Virus record (IMG/VR): IMGVR_UViG_2541047861_000014
Strand: one strand, 5' to 3'
Length of the DNA: 37,035 nucleotides
Source: a virus
Taxonomy: Duplodnaviria > Heunggongvirae > Uroviricota > Caudoviricetes
The translations under genes were made by a program, and so were the position numbers. Position 1 is the stretch's first letter. Each line of letters begins with the position of its first letter. The notes under the pieces are model-generated. The model did no database searches and had not been told where the DNA came from. It worked only from the letters and a program-made list of their open reading frames with translations. Below, in pieces: positions 17,102 to 28,069 of this stretch.

Positions 17102-17317
17102 ATGAAATCAATGGATAAGTTAACAACAGGTATCGCCTATGGCACATCGGCTGGTAATGCTGGTTTCTGGGCATTGCAGTTACTCGATAAAGTAACTCCG
17201 TCACAGTGGGCTGCAATCGGTGTGCTGGGTAGTCTGGTTTTTGGCCTGCTGACGTATCTGACAAACCTTTATTTCAAGATTAAAGAAGACAGGCGTAAGG
17301 TTGCGAGAAGAGAGTAA
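17102..17317 (+). CDS. Pinholin, phage-21 S-type with dual start (antiholin/holin)
   Basis: [23 protein letters not shown]...[30 protein letters not shown]; Met1 and Met4 starts as in S21-71/S21-68; two TM segments. Confidence 0.85.
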   Translation: MKSMDKLTTGIAYGTSAGNAGFWALQLLDKVTPSQWAAIGVLGSLVFGLLTYLTNLYFKIKEDRRKVARRE

Positions 17318-17321
17318 TCCA

Positions 17322-17873
17322 ATGACACAAGACTATGAACTGGTTGTGAAAGGAGTCCGCAATTTTGAGAATAAAGTGGCGGTAACTGTAGCCTTACGGG
17401 ACAAAAAACGCTTTGACGGTGAAATTTTTGACCTGGACATCTCGCTGGACCGTGTTGAAGGTGCCGCGCTGGAGTTTTATGAGGCAGCAGCCAGAATGAG
17501 AATCAGACAGGTATTCCTGGATGTTGCTGCCGGGTTATGTGTAGGGGATGAGCAGTCGCCGGAAAAGCGCCCCATAATTTTAGAGGCGCAGAATGTGTGG
17601 ATAACCTACAAAGGAAAGCTACCGGGAAGAATTACTGGTTCTCTGAAGACGCCACCGACGGCATTGCGGTCAGAAAAAGATGATATTGAATCGCCCATTG
17701 AAAAACTGGAGGGCAGCGTCGCTGATCTGAATAAAAAATTGTCGGTGCTGATCCCTTCTGAAGATGAAAAAAAACGCCGCGATGAGCAGTTTGCGGCGTT
17801 TTACGATTATTGCATTGAAGTTACTCGCAGGAATTTTGTGAAGATTTTTGAGGAGGGTAAATCTCTTCAGTAA
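17322..17873 (+). CDS. Cargo protein between holin and endolysin (ydfR position; 183 aa)
   Basis: ATG at 17322 just after the holin stop; N-terminus MTQDYELVVKGVRNFENKV...; C-terminal half is charged and helical. Confidence 0.55.
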   Translation: MTQDYELVVKGVRNFENKVAVTVALRDKKRFDGEIFDLDISLDRVEGAALEFYEAAARMRIRQVFLDVAAGLCVGDEQSPEKRPIILEAQNVWITYKGKLPGRITGSLKTPPTALRSEKDDIESPIEKLEGSVADLNKKLSVLIPSEDEKKRRDEQFAAFYDYCIEVTRRNFVKIFEEGKSLQ

Positions 17874-18081
17874 GCTTAATGGCGGACGCTGCAATTAATT
17901 CAGGAAGGTCCGCAAGGTCATCTGTCAGTGGATATGATGAAAAATCGGCGGCAGTTCTGTTAAGAAGCGCTTTAACTAATTCCTTTTCCTTCTCCGGCAA
18001 CAAGTTGATTAGAGCTACGACTGCTTGCCTGAGTGCGATTAAATCAGCAAAAGTTTGTTTTGGTAGATTTGTGTAATCCAT
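17821..18081 (-). CDS. Small acidic hypothetical protein (86 aa), convergent with and overlapping the 3' end of the upstream cargo gene
   Basis: ATG at 18081 with GAGG RBS at 5 nt; Asp/Glu/Leu-rich; 53-bp 3'-3' overlap with 17322..17873. Confidence 0.4.
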   Translation of the reverse strand: MDYTNLPKQTFADLIALRQAVVALINLLPEKEKELVKALLNRTAADFSSYPLTDDLADLPELIAASAIKLTEEIYPPQKSSQNSCE

Positions 18082-18194
18082 AGTCACCTCTGTGTTTATC
18101 AGATTGACATCCTCCTCCCGCCAGTGCCCATCACTGGTGAGGTAAGATTTAACATATCCGGGGATTTGAAGCCGATAAATCCTGATAAATATCC

Positions 18195-19222
<1,028 letters not shown>

Positions 19223-19582
19223 ATTAATATTAAATCGGATTATTTTTAGCGCTGAATGTGAAATTTAAATAAAAAGGACTCTTCCATGAGTCAAAATCCT
19301 TGAAATCTTAAGGGTAAGATAAAAGGTCATTAGACAGAATGACACGTTTTATTAATAAATAAAGCTATTGTTTCATTCGTGTGTTTTTCTTTACAAAAGT
19401 AATCCTTGCTATGGTTGGTTAATCATGCGTTAATGGTGTTCTGGTTTGTTACAAAATTATCTGAAGCAGTCATTGTTATAATTTTATTATTTGTACCTCT
19501 TGAGATTTCCTTGTTGGTTTTTCTCTCTGATATTTTTTTTCGGACCATTCTGCCCAAGGGCTAACTTCTTCAAAAGGTAATA

Positions 19583-19798
19583 ATGATGTTTAACAAAATG
19601 ACTGGTTTAGTGAAATGGTTTAACCCTGAAAAAGGTTTTGGTTTCATCACGCCGAAAGATGGTAGCAAAGATGTGTTTGTGCATTTCTCAGCTATTCAGA
19701 GCAACGATTTCAAAACGTTAACTGAGAATCAGGAAGTCGAATTTGGTATTGAGAACGGACCTAAAGGCCCTGCAGCTGTTCATGTAGTGGCACTTTGA
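19583..19798 (+). CDS. cspI: Cold-shock protein CspI-like
   Basis: ...[67 protein letters not shown]; matches CspI as recalled; long AT-rich 5' leader typical of csp genes. Confidence 0.88.
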   Translation: MMFNKMTGLVKWFNPEKGFGFITPKDGSKDVFVHFSAIQSNDFKTLTENQEVEFGIENGPKGPAAVHVVAL

Positions 19799-20003
19799 GG
19801 TAGAAAATATTACAAACCATATTCACTTTAGATGCCCGTGTTGCCATGGTTCTCAGTATAGAACATCATCTTTTGATGTTTCTGACAGAAATCCTTTCGG
19901 GGCAAAATGTATCTTTTGTAAATCAATGATGATTACATTTGATAATATTTCACAATACTTAAATGTTAGCCATCTGTCGTTAGATTTAAGAAAGTGAAAA
20001 TGA

Positions 20004-20026
20004 AGGCTCCTTCGGGAGCTTTTTTG
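20004..20026 (+). terminator. Rho-independent terminator
   Basis: GCTCC-TTCG-GGAGC hairpin followed by T6. Confidence 0.65.
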
Positions 20027-20069
20027 CTTAGTGTCTAGTCGATGGATACTCACATATTACGGTAACATT

Positions 20070-20300
20070 ATGAAAAAAATAATAGTTTTTTTTAACTCTG
20101 AACCAGCAATGGTAGTGCCAGTGATGACCGGAGTTAACACCATCATGCGTGAATATCCAAATGGCGAAACAACACACCTCACTGTAATGGCTGCAGGGTT
20201 TCCATCTCTGACCGGAGATCATAAAGTCATTTATGTAGCAGCGGATCGACATGTAACTTCAGAAGAAATTCTGGAAGCAGCAATGAGACTCTTGAATTGA
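20070..20300 (+). CDS. Hypothetical small protein (76 aa)
   Basis: ORF from ATG 20070 (MKKIIVFFNSEP...); weak RBS. Confidence 0.35.
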   Translation: MKKIIVFFNSEPAMVVPVMTGVNTIMREYPNGETTHLTVMAAGFPSLTGDHKVIYVAADRHVTSEEILEAAMRLLN

Positions 20301-20472
20301 TTTGATTCTAATGCATTGATAATAAATGATAATCATCTTTATCTGTTTGTGTGAAATTTAGACCGTCGTATGTTGATTATTGCGATGTTTCATCTTATCT
20401 TTTATACGTTTGCTCCATATAATTGACACTACTGTGTACCAGGACAGTCATAACAGACTAAAAGAGGAAATG

Positions 20473-20646
20473 ATGAACATTGAAGAGTTAAAAACAAAAA
20501 CAGAAGCAGATATTTCTGAATATATAACAAAAAAAATCATTGAGCTTAAGAAAAAGACCGGGAAAGAAGTTACCAGTATCCAGTTTACTGCACGGGAAAA
20601 AATGACTGGTCTTGAAAGCTATGATATCAAGATTGATTTAATCTAG
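20473..20646 (+). CDS. gnsB: GnsA/GnsB-family small protein
   Basis: MNIEELKTKTEADISEYITKKIIELKKKTGKEVTSIQFTAREKMTGLESYDIKIDLI; GAGG RBS; 57 aa; Gns-family pattern as recalled. Confidence 0.7.
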   Translation: MNIEELKTKTEADISEYITKKIIELKKKTGKEVTSIQFTAREKMTGLESYDIKIDLI

Positions 20647-20941
20647 CATGTTTATAGTATTAGCATCAATTTCTCATCAGATGCTATTCAACAATACAAA
20701 TTACCCATAAACCTCGTTTTTACGGGGTTTTGTTATATTTAAACATTACCGAATAGATATAAATCTCGATTGTCAATGGTATTGGTTGTGTGACAATACC
20801 TAGTCTTTCCGGTATGCCTGAAGAGAATACAAACGACAGATTATGTAAGGGAAACGCGCTGAAACTTTCACTCTTTCATGCTGAGTGATTTGACGTTATA
20901 TTTTTAGCCGCAAGTGAAGAGCAAACGAATGGAGCGACAAA

Positions 20942-21148
20942 ATGCATAAAGATCAATACACTGATGCCCCCTCCCAGGAGCAGGTTCGTGTAAAAACTAT
21001 GCTTAATAGCACCATTTCGATGGGTTACCCGGATGTTGTAATTGCATGTATAGAACATCAAGTATCTCTGGAAGCATTCAGGGCAATTGAGGCCGCGTTA
21101 GTAAAGCACGATAAGAATACGAAGGATTATTCCCTGGTGGTTGACTGA
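20942..21148 (+). CDS. Hypothetical small protein (68 aa)
   Basis: ORF with GGAG 8 nt upstream; no recognised motif. Confidence 0.35.
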   Translation: MHKDQYTDAPSQEQVRVKTMLNSTISMGYPDVVIACIEHQVSLEAFRAIEAALVKHDKNTKDYSLVVD

Positions 21149-21513
21149 TCACCATAACTGCTAACCATTCTGACCATTTCACAAGTGACAGAGTCAATAT
21201 CGTATTCTGTCACTGTAAGGCTAATACAGTACTGCAATTCAACTACAGCAATGCCTCGTATTTAGGTGAATTTACAATATCGTCCAGTTCGGATGCCGGC
21301 TGCATTTCTGAAGATAAGGCATTTCGGTTCGCGTATTTTCCCCTCATGCTCGTCAGTCCTGCGCGTAGTAAGAAACAGGACACTCACACTAATTTGTGTG
21401 GGCATGCTGTGATGTCCTTCTGAATTATCCCCATGCCATTATGTAACGCTCTGTTTCAGATGCTCGTCACGGTTGTCAGGCTGTCGGGTCCTCCCAGTGG
21501 GGGTCCCTGCCAC

Positions 21514-21531
21514 GGGGCGGGAGCGTCGCGG
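21514..21531. other. cosN-like cohesive-end site
   Basis: ACGGGGCGGGAGCGTCGCGG closely resembles lambda cosN (ACGGGGCGGCGACCTCGCGGG, from memory); about 185 bp upstream of the terminase small-subunit ATG, matching the lambda cos-to-Nu1 spacing. Confidence 0.55.
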
Positions 21532-21700
21532 AAAAAGGCTAGTTTTTGCATTTTTATCGGCCACCATCATCTTTGCATCTTATTGATTATTAATGGTTGT
21601 TTGTTTTTTGTATGTCGAATTGAGTGTTTTTTGTTCGACATCGAACGCGTTTTCTTAAAGTTGTTCGCACGATGCATGTTTAAAGCTCTCCGGAGGAAAT

Positions 21701-22192
21701 ATGGATCATGAGTTGAAAAACCTGGTGCTGAATATTAATCAACTGGCGGCTTTATCTGGTCTGCACCGCCAGACTGTCGTGGCAAGACTGAAAAACATTC
21801 GTCCCGCTGGTGGACATGACAAACTCAAGCTATACCGGTTGACCGATATTCTGACTGAATTTATGGGGTTACCACCGCCGGTTGCTGAGGGCGAAATGGA
21901 TCCACATGAACGCAAAGCCTGGTATCAGTCTGAACGTGAGCGTCTTAAGTTCGAACAGGAAACGGCACAACTCATTCCGGCCAGTGATGTCAGACGGGAG
22001 TTTGCCATCTGGGCAAAAGCGGTCGTGCAGGTGCTGGAGACATTACCGGATATTCTGGAACGTGACTGCGGCCTGCAGCCTGCCGCTGTGAGCCGTGTTC
22101 AGTCCATTATTGATGATCTGCGCGATCAGATAGCCCTGCGGGTGACCGAAGCAGGTGCGGATGATGAGGAGGAATTACAGCAGGAGGAGTAA
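21701..22192 (+). CDS. Terminase small subunit (HTH DNA-binding)
   Basis: 163 aa with N-terminal HTH (LNINQLAALSGLHRQTVVARLKN); GGAGGA RBS; TAATG-coupled to the large subunit. Confidence 0.8.
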   Translation: MDHELKNLVLNINQLAALSGLHRQTVVARLKNIRPAGGHDKLKLYRLTDILTEFMGLPPPVAEGEMDPHERKAWYQSERERLKFEQETAQLIPASDVRREFAIWAKAVVQVLETLPDILERDCGLQPAAVSRVQSIIDDLRDQIALRVTEAGADDEEELQQEE

Positions 22193-24294
22193 TGCTGAAT
22201 CAGGAAACCGCAAAGGCAGCACGAACCGATTCAGGTTATATCCTTCGCGCACCGAGACGAATGCGGGTTGCTGATGCCGTTGCTCAGTATATGCGGGTGC
22301 CCATGGGGGCCGGGAACTCAGTCCCGTGGGATCCGCTGGTGGCACCGTATGTTATTGAGCCGATGAACTGCCTGGCCTCGCGTGAATACGACGCAGTGAT
22401 ATTTGTTGGCCCGGCACGAACTGGCAAGACTATCGGCCTGATTGACGGCTGGGTGATTTACAACGTGATTTGCGATCCTGCTGATATGCTGATCATTCAG
22501 ATGACGGAGGAAAAAGCCCGCGAACACTCCAAAAAACGACTTGCCAGAACGTTTCGCGTCAGCCCGGAAGTGGTCAGTCGCCTGAGTCCGAACAAAAATG
22601 ACAACAACGTTTATGACAGAACATTCCTTGCTGGCAACTACCTGAAAATCGGCTGGCCGTCAGTCAATATCATGTCCTCATCAGATTATAAATGCGTGGC
22701 GCTGACGGATTATGACCGTTTTCCGGAAGATATTGATGGCGAGGGGGATGCCTTCTCTCTTGCCTCAAAACGTACCACCACATTTATGTCCAGTGGTATG
22801 ACGCTGGTGGAGAGTTCCCCCGGCAGGGATGTGAAGGATGTGAAATGGCGACGGACTTCACCGCATGAGGCTCCACCAACCACGGGGATACTGTCGCTCT
22901 ATAACCGTGGCGATCGCCGTCGCTGGTACTGGCCCTGTCCACACTGTGGTGAGTATTTTCAGCCCTGCGGCGATGTGGTTGCTGGTTTCCGTGATATTGC
23001 CGATCCCGTGCTGGCAAGTGAGGCGGCTTATATTCAGTGTCCTTCCTGTTCAGGACGGATTATGCCTGAACAAAAACGTGAGCTGAACGGACGTGGGGTC
23101 TGGTTGCGGGATGGTGAATCCATCAATGCGGATGGCAGTCGTTATGGTGATCCCCGACGCTCACGTATTGCGTCATTCTGGATGGAGGGGCCGGCAGCTG
23201 CTTACCAGACACTCTCGCAACTCGTTTACAAACTGCTTGCTGCAGAACAGGAATACGAGACAACCGGAAGTGAAGAAACACTCAAGACGGTTATCAATAC
23301 CGACTGGGGATTACCTTATCTTCCCCGTGCCAGCATGGAGCAACGAAAAAGTGAACTGCTTGAGCAGCGGGCAGAGCCAGTTCCTTCCCGCAGTGTGCCG
23401 GATGGCGTTAATTTCCTGGTGGCGACAGTTGATGTGCAGGCGGGACGTCATCGCCGTTTTGTGGTTCAGGTAACGGGCTATGGCAGCCGTGGCGAACGCT
23501 GGATTATTGATCGTTACAACATCACGCAGTCATTGCGCGGTGACAGCGACGGGGAGAGCCAGCGAATTGATCCGGCCAGCTATCCGGAAGACTGGGATGT
23601 CCTGCTGACGGATGTTTTTCATAAAAGCTGGCCGCTGGCCTCCGATCCTTCTCAACAAATGCGACTGATGGCAATGGCGGTGGACTCCGGCGGTGAAGAC
23701 GGAGTCACTGATAATGCCTATAAATTCTGGCGTCGTTGCCGTCGTGATGGCCTTGGTAAACGTATTTACCTGTTTAAGGGCGATAGCATCCGGCGCGCAA
23801 AACTGATCACCCGTACATTCCCTGATAACACCGGACGAACGGGCCGACGGGCGCAGGCCGCAGGTGATGTACCGCTCTGGCTTCTTCAGACGGATGCCCT
23901 GAAAGACCGGGTGAATAACGCGTTATGGCGTGACTCGCCAGGTCCCGGCTATGTGCATTTCCCTGACTGGCTGGGGAGCTGGTTTTACGACGAACTGACG
24001 TATGAAGAGCGGAGCAGTGACGGGAAATGGAGTAAGCCGGGTCGCGGTGCCAACGAAGCTTTTGACCTGATGGTGTATGCCGAGGCTCTGGTCATTCTGC
24101 ATGGATACGAAAAGATCCGCTGGCCGGATGCACCGGAGTGGGCGAGCCGGGAAACCTGGCTGGAGTGTGTCCCGGACAGTACCGAACCGTCACCCACACC
24201 GGAACCGGTATCCACGCCTGTTAAAAAACAAAAACGGAAGAAAACAGTAACTGACGATGTTAACCCCTGGCTGACTTCCGGAGGATGGTTATGA
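22192..24294 (+). CDS. Terminase large subunit (lambda gpA family)
   Basis: 700 aa; Walker A-like VGPARTGKT; CPHCGE zinc motif as in lambda gpA. Confidence 0.9.
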   Translation: MLNQETAKAARTDSGYILRAPRRMRVADAVAQYMRVPMGAGNSVPWDPLVAPYVIEPMNCLASREYDAVIFVGPARTGKTIGLIDGWVIYNVICDPADMLIIQMTEEKAREHSKKRLARTFRVSPEVVSRLSPNKNDNNVYDRTFLAGNYLKIGWPSVNIMSSSDYKCVALTDYDRFPEDIDGEGDAFSLASKRTTTFMSSGMTLVESSPGRDVKDVKWRRTSPHEAPPTTGILSLYNRGDRRRWYWPCPHCGEYFQPCGDVVAGFRDIADPVLASEAAYIQCPSCSGRIMPEQKRELNGRGVWLRDGESINADGSRYGDPRRSRIASFWMEGPAAAYQTLSQLVYKLLAAEQEYETTGSEETLKTVINTDWGLPYLPRASMEQRKSELLEQRAEPVPSRSVPDGVNFLVATVDVQAGRHRRFVVQVTGYGSRGERWIIDRYNITQSLRGDSDGESQRIDPASYPEDWDVLLTDVFHKSWPLASDPSQQMRLMAMAVDSGGEDGVTDNAYKFWRRCRRDGLGKRIYLFKGDSIRRAKLITRTFPDNTGRTGRRAQAAGDVPLWLLQTDALKDRVNNALWRDSPGPGYVHFPDWLGSWFYDELTYEERSSDGKWSKPGRGANEAFDLMVYAEALVILHGYEKIRWPDAPEWASRETWLECVPDSTEPSPTPEPVSTPVKKQKRKKTVTDDVNPWLTSGGWL

Positions 24295-24503
24295 ACCAGA
24301 ATGATATCGAAGCCATGATTCAGCGTTATACGGAAGCTGAAATGGCGGTGCTGGACGGAAAATCCGTCACCTTTAATGGTCAGCAGATGACCATGGAAAA
24401 CTTATCTGAGATCCGGCAGGGACGGCAGGAGTGGGAGCGCCGCCTTGCGGCTCTGATTACACGACGACGGGGGCATCCCGGGTACCGGCTTGCGAGGTTC
24501 TGA
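24291..24503 (+). CDS. W: Head-tail joining protein W-like
   Basis: 70 aa from ATG 24291 (GGAGG at 7 nt; ATGA overlap with terminase stop); lambda gene order A-W-B. Confidence 0.7.
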   Translation: MNQNDIEAMIQRYTEAEMAVLDGKSVTFNGQQMTMENLSEIRQGRQEWERRLAALITRRRGHPGYRLARF

Positions 24504-26011
24504 TGGCAATTCTTGATGATGTGATTGGCGTTTTTTCACCAGGATGGAAAGCGGCAAGGCTGCGTTCCCGTGCGGTGATCCAGGCTTATGAGGCCGTAAA
24601 AACGACGCGGACACACAAAGCCCGGCGGGAAAACCGAACTGCCGACCAGTTAAGCCAGTACGGGGCCGTGTCGTTACGTGAGCAGGCCCGTTACCTTGAT
24701 AACAACCACGATCTGGTCATTGGTGTATTTGACAAGCTGGAAGAACGGGTGGTGGGGAAAAACGGGATTATTGTCGAGCCACATCCGGTATTACGCAATG
24801 GGGCCATTGCCCGTGATCTGGCAGCGGAGATACGCACCCGATGGAGTGAATGGTCTGTCAGTCCGGAAGTCACCGGGCAGTTTACCCGTCCGATGCTGGA
24901 ACGTCTGATGTTGCGTACCTGGCTGCGCGATGGTGAGGTGTTTGCCCAGATGGTTTCCGGGCGCATAAACAGCCTGACGCCTTCTGCCGGTGTTCATTTC
25001 TGGCTGGAGGCGCTCGAGCCGGACTTTATTCCCATGACCAGTGATGAGAGCAACAGGCTGAATCAGGGCGTGTTTGTTGATGACTGGGGGCGTCCCGAAA
25101 AATATCTGGTGTATAAAAGCCGTCCCGTATCCGGACGGCAGATGGAAACCAAAGAAGTGGATGCAGAGCGAATGCTGCATCTTAAATTTGTTCGCCGTCT
25201 GCACCAGATGCGCGGGACGTCTTTGTTGTCCGGTGTGCTGATCCGCCTCAGTGCCCTGAAAGAGTATGAAGATTCTGAGCTGACTGCAGCAAGGATCGCC
25301 GCTGCTCTGGGGATGTACATCCGGAAAGGCGACGGGCAGAGCTATGAACCGGATGGTAATGGCAGCAAGGATAAGGAACGCGAGCTTACCATTCAGCCAG
25401 GCATTATTTACGACGATCTGAAACCCGGCGAAGAAATCGGAATGGTGAAGTCGGATCGCCCCAATCCTAATCTTGAAACTTTTCGTAATGGTCAGTTGCG
25501 TGCCGTGGCGGCGGGCAGTCGTCTGAGTTTTTCCAGTACAGCGCGCAACTATAACGGCACTTACAGCGCCCAGCGTCAGGAGCTGGTTGAATCCACTGAT
25601 GGCTACCTGATCCTGCAGGACTGGTTTATTGGTGCCGTCACCCGCCCGATGTATCGTGCCTGGCTGAAACAGGCTGTGGCATCCGGTGTTATCAGGCTAC
25701 CCCGCGATCTTGATCGTTCTTCACTGTATACCGCGGTGTATTCCGGACCGGTGATGCCGTGGATTGACCCTGTTAAGGAGGCTGAGGCCTGGAAAATTCA
25801 GATTCGTGGTGGAGCGGCGACAGAATCAGACTGGGTACGTGCAGGTGGTCGTAATCCAGATGATGTCAAACGTCGGCGCAAGGCCGAAATTGATGAAAAC
25901 CGCAAGCTGGATCTGGTATTTGATACCGATCCGGCCAGTGATAAAGGAGGCAGCAGTGCCGCAACGAAACGACAGGAGCCGCAGCACACCGACGACCAGT
26001 CCGAAGAATAA
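24503..26011 (+). CDS. Portal protein (lambda gpB family)
   Basis: 502 aa from ATG 24503 (TGATG overlap with W); size and position as lambda B; acidic C-terminus. Confidence 0.85.
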   Translation: MAILDDVIGVFSPGWKAARLRSRAVIQAYEAVKTTRTHKARRENRTADQLSQYGAVSLREQARYLDNNHDLVIGVFDKLEERVVGKNGIIVEPHPVLRNGAIARDLAAEIRTRWSEWSVSPEVTGQFTRPMLERLMLRTWLRDGEVFAQMVSGRINSLTPSAGVHFWLEALEPDFIPMTSDESNRLNQGVFVDDWGRPEKYLVYKSRPVSGRQMETKEVDAERMLHLKFVRRLHQMRGTSLLSGVLIRLSALKEYEDSELTAARIAAALGMYIRKGDGQSYEPDGNGSKDKERELTIQPGIIYDDLKPGEEIGMVKSDRPNPNLETFRNGQLRAVAAGSRLSFSSTARNYNGTYSAQRQELVESTDGYLILQDWFIGAVTRPMYRAWLKQAVASGVIRLPRDLDRSSLYTAVYSGPVMPWIDPVKEAEAWKIQIRGGAATESDWVRAGGRNPDDVKRRRKAEIDENRKLDLVFDTDPASDKGGSSAATKRQEPQHTDDQSEE

Positions 26012-26024
26012 TTCCTGGTTCAGG

Positions 26025-27983
26025 ATGCAGGCAGGTCACCAGAGTGACGCGGATATTTATATTTATGACGAGATTGGTTTCTGGGGTGTTACGGCGAAGC
26101 AGTTTATCAGTGATCTGAATGCACTGGGCGATATCACCCACATTAATCTCCATATTAATTCACCGGGTGGCGATGTCTTTGAAGGCATCGCCATTTTTAA
26201 TGCACTGAAAACACATGGTGCGTCCATTACCGTTTATGTCGACGGTGTGGCGGCGTCAATGGCGTCGGTCATTGCGATGGTGGGAAACCCGGTCATTATG
26301 CCGGAAAACTCCTTCATGATGATTCATAAACCATTTGGCTTTACGGGCGGTGATGCGGAGGACATGCGCACCTATGCCGACCTGCTCGATAAAGTTGAGG
26401 CGGTTCTGTTACCCGCTTATGCACAGAAAACCGGGAAAACCACCGATGAAATTGCTGCCATGCTGGCGGATGAGACCTGGATGTCCGGTGCCGAATGTCT
26501 GGCACAGGGATTTGCTGATCAGGTGACACCAGCCGTTAAGGCAATGGCATGTATTCAGTCAAAACGTACAGAGGAATTTAAAAAGATGCCGGAATCCATT
26601 CGAAATATGATTACTCCGCCACGCAACAGTGCTCCACGCGTACAGGATGATGGACCTGCAGCCTCCCGGACGCCAGTGCAGGCAGCAGCACCCGTGGTGG
26701 ATGAAAACAGCATCCGTGCGCAGGTCCTGGCAGAGCAAAAAGCGCGTGTAAACGGTATTAATGATCTGTTTGCCATGTTTGGCGGGCGTTATCAGTCGTT
26801 GCAGGCTCAGTGTCTTGCCGATCCTGAATGTTCGCTGGAGCAGGCCCGCGAAAAGCTGTTGAACGAGATGGGGCGCGAGTCCACGCCATCCAATAAAAAT
26901 ACCCCGGCTCATATTTATGCCGGTAACGGTAATTTTGTGGGGGACGGGATCCGCCAGGCGCTGATGGCGCGCGCCGGGTTTGAAAAAACTGAACGTGATA
27001 ATGTCTACAACGGGATGACCCTGCGTGAATATGCCCGTATGTCACTGACTGAACGTGGTATTGGTGTTTCCAGTTATAACCCGATGCAGATGGTCGGTGC
27101 GGCGTTCACACACAGTACGTCTGACTTCGGTAATATTCTGCTGGATGTTGCGAACAAAGCCATTCTGCAGGGCTGGGAAGATGCCCCTGAAACCTATGAA
27201 CAGTGGACGCGGAAAGGTCAGTTGTCTGATTTTAAAATTGCCCATCGTGTGGGTATGGGGGGCTTCAGTGCTCTGCGTCAGGTGCGTGAAGGGGCAGAAT
27301 ATAAATACGTCACCACCGGAGATAAACAGGCCACTATTGCACTGGCGACCTATGGCGAGCTGTTCAGTATCACCCGTCAGGCCATTATCAATGATGATCT
27401 GAATATGCTGACCGATGTCCCGATGAAGCTGGGCCGTGCGGCGAAATCCACTATTGCCGATCTGGTTTATGCCATTCTGACGTCTAACCCGAAAATCTCC
27501 ACAGATAATGTAAGTCTGTTCGATAAAGCGAAACATGCAAACGTACTGGAGAGCGCGGCAATGGACGTGGCATCGCTGGATAAAGCCCGCCAGTTGATGC
27601 GCGTTCAGAAAGAGGGTGAGCGTCATCTGAATATTCGTCCTGCGTTCGTACTGGTACCGACGGCGATGGAGTCTGTTGCTAACCAGGTCATTCGCTCCTC
27701 AAGTGTCAAGGGGGCTGACATTAACGCCGGTATTATTAACCCGGTGAAAGATTTTGCGACCGTTATTGCAGAGCCTCGTCTTGATGATAACAGCCAGACC
27801 ACCTTCTACCTGGCTGCGTCCAAAGGCTCCGATACGATTGAAGTGGCTTATCTCAACGGTGTGGATACGCCATATATTGATCAGATGGAGGGCTTCAGTG
27901 TGGATGGCGTGACAACGAAAGTGCGTATTGACGCTGGTGTTGCGCCAGTTGATCACCGCGGCCTGGTGAAATGTACGGCGTAA
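26025..27983 (+). CDS. Prohead protease (ClpP/S49-like) fused to major capsid protein
   Basis: 652 aa; N-terminal region with ClpP-like signature (INSPGGDVFEG ... ASMASVIAM ... MIHKP) followed by a ~400-aa capsid-like domain in one reading frame. Confidence 0.75.
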   Translation: MQAGHQSDADIYIYDEIGFWGVTAKQFISDLNALGDITHINLHINSPGGDVFEGIAIFNALKTHGASITVYVDGVAASMASVIAMVGNPVIMPENSFMMIHKPFGFTGGDAEDMRTYADLLDKVEAVLLPAYAQKTGKTTDEIAAMLADETWMSGAECLAQGFADQVTPAVKAMACIQSKRTEEFKKMPESIRNMITPPRNSAPRVQDDGPAASRTPVQAAAPVVDENSIRAQVLAEQKARVNGINDLFAMFGGRYQSLQAQCLADPECSLEQAREKLLNEMGRESTPSNKNTPAHIYAGNGNFVGDGIRQALMARAGFEKTERDNVYNGMTLREYARMSLTERGIGVSSYNPMQMVGAAFTHSTSDFGNILLDVANKAILQGWEDAPETYEQWTRKGQLSDFKIAHRVGMGGFSALRQVREGAEYKYVTTGDKQATIALATYGELFSITRQAIINDDLNMLTDVPMKLGRAAKSTIADLVYAILTSNPKISTDNVSLFDKAKHANVLESAAMDVASLDKARQLMRVQKEGERHLNIRPAFVLVPTAMESVANQVIRSSSVKGADINAGIINPVKDFATVIAEPRLDDNSQTTFYLAASKGSDTIEVAYLNGVDTPYIDQMEGFSVDGVTTKVRIDAGVAPVDHRGLVKCTA

Positions 27984-28069
27984 ACGTCGCAGACAACAAC
28001 TCTGATGGCCCGTAAGGGCTTTTTTTGTACCTGAAATCAGCCCCTGAACGGGGCTGTGCGGAGACAGTT

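Noticed and set aside
21433-21711. 92-aa plus-strand ORF spanning the cos region
   Set aside because: It runs straight through the cosN-like site and inverted repeats, is Cys/Phe/Leu-rich, and has no RBS; the region is a packaging site rather than coding.
22318-27956. Numerous 60-200-aa ORFs antisense to or out of frame with terminase, portal and capsid genes (e.g. 22318..22527, 24791..25204, 27042..27626)
   Set aside because: All are nested in long, confidently assigned structural genes of a GC-rich region where spurious ORFs are expected.
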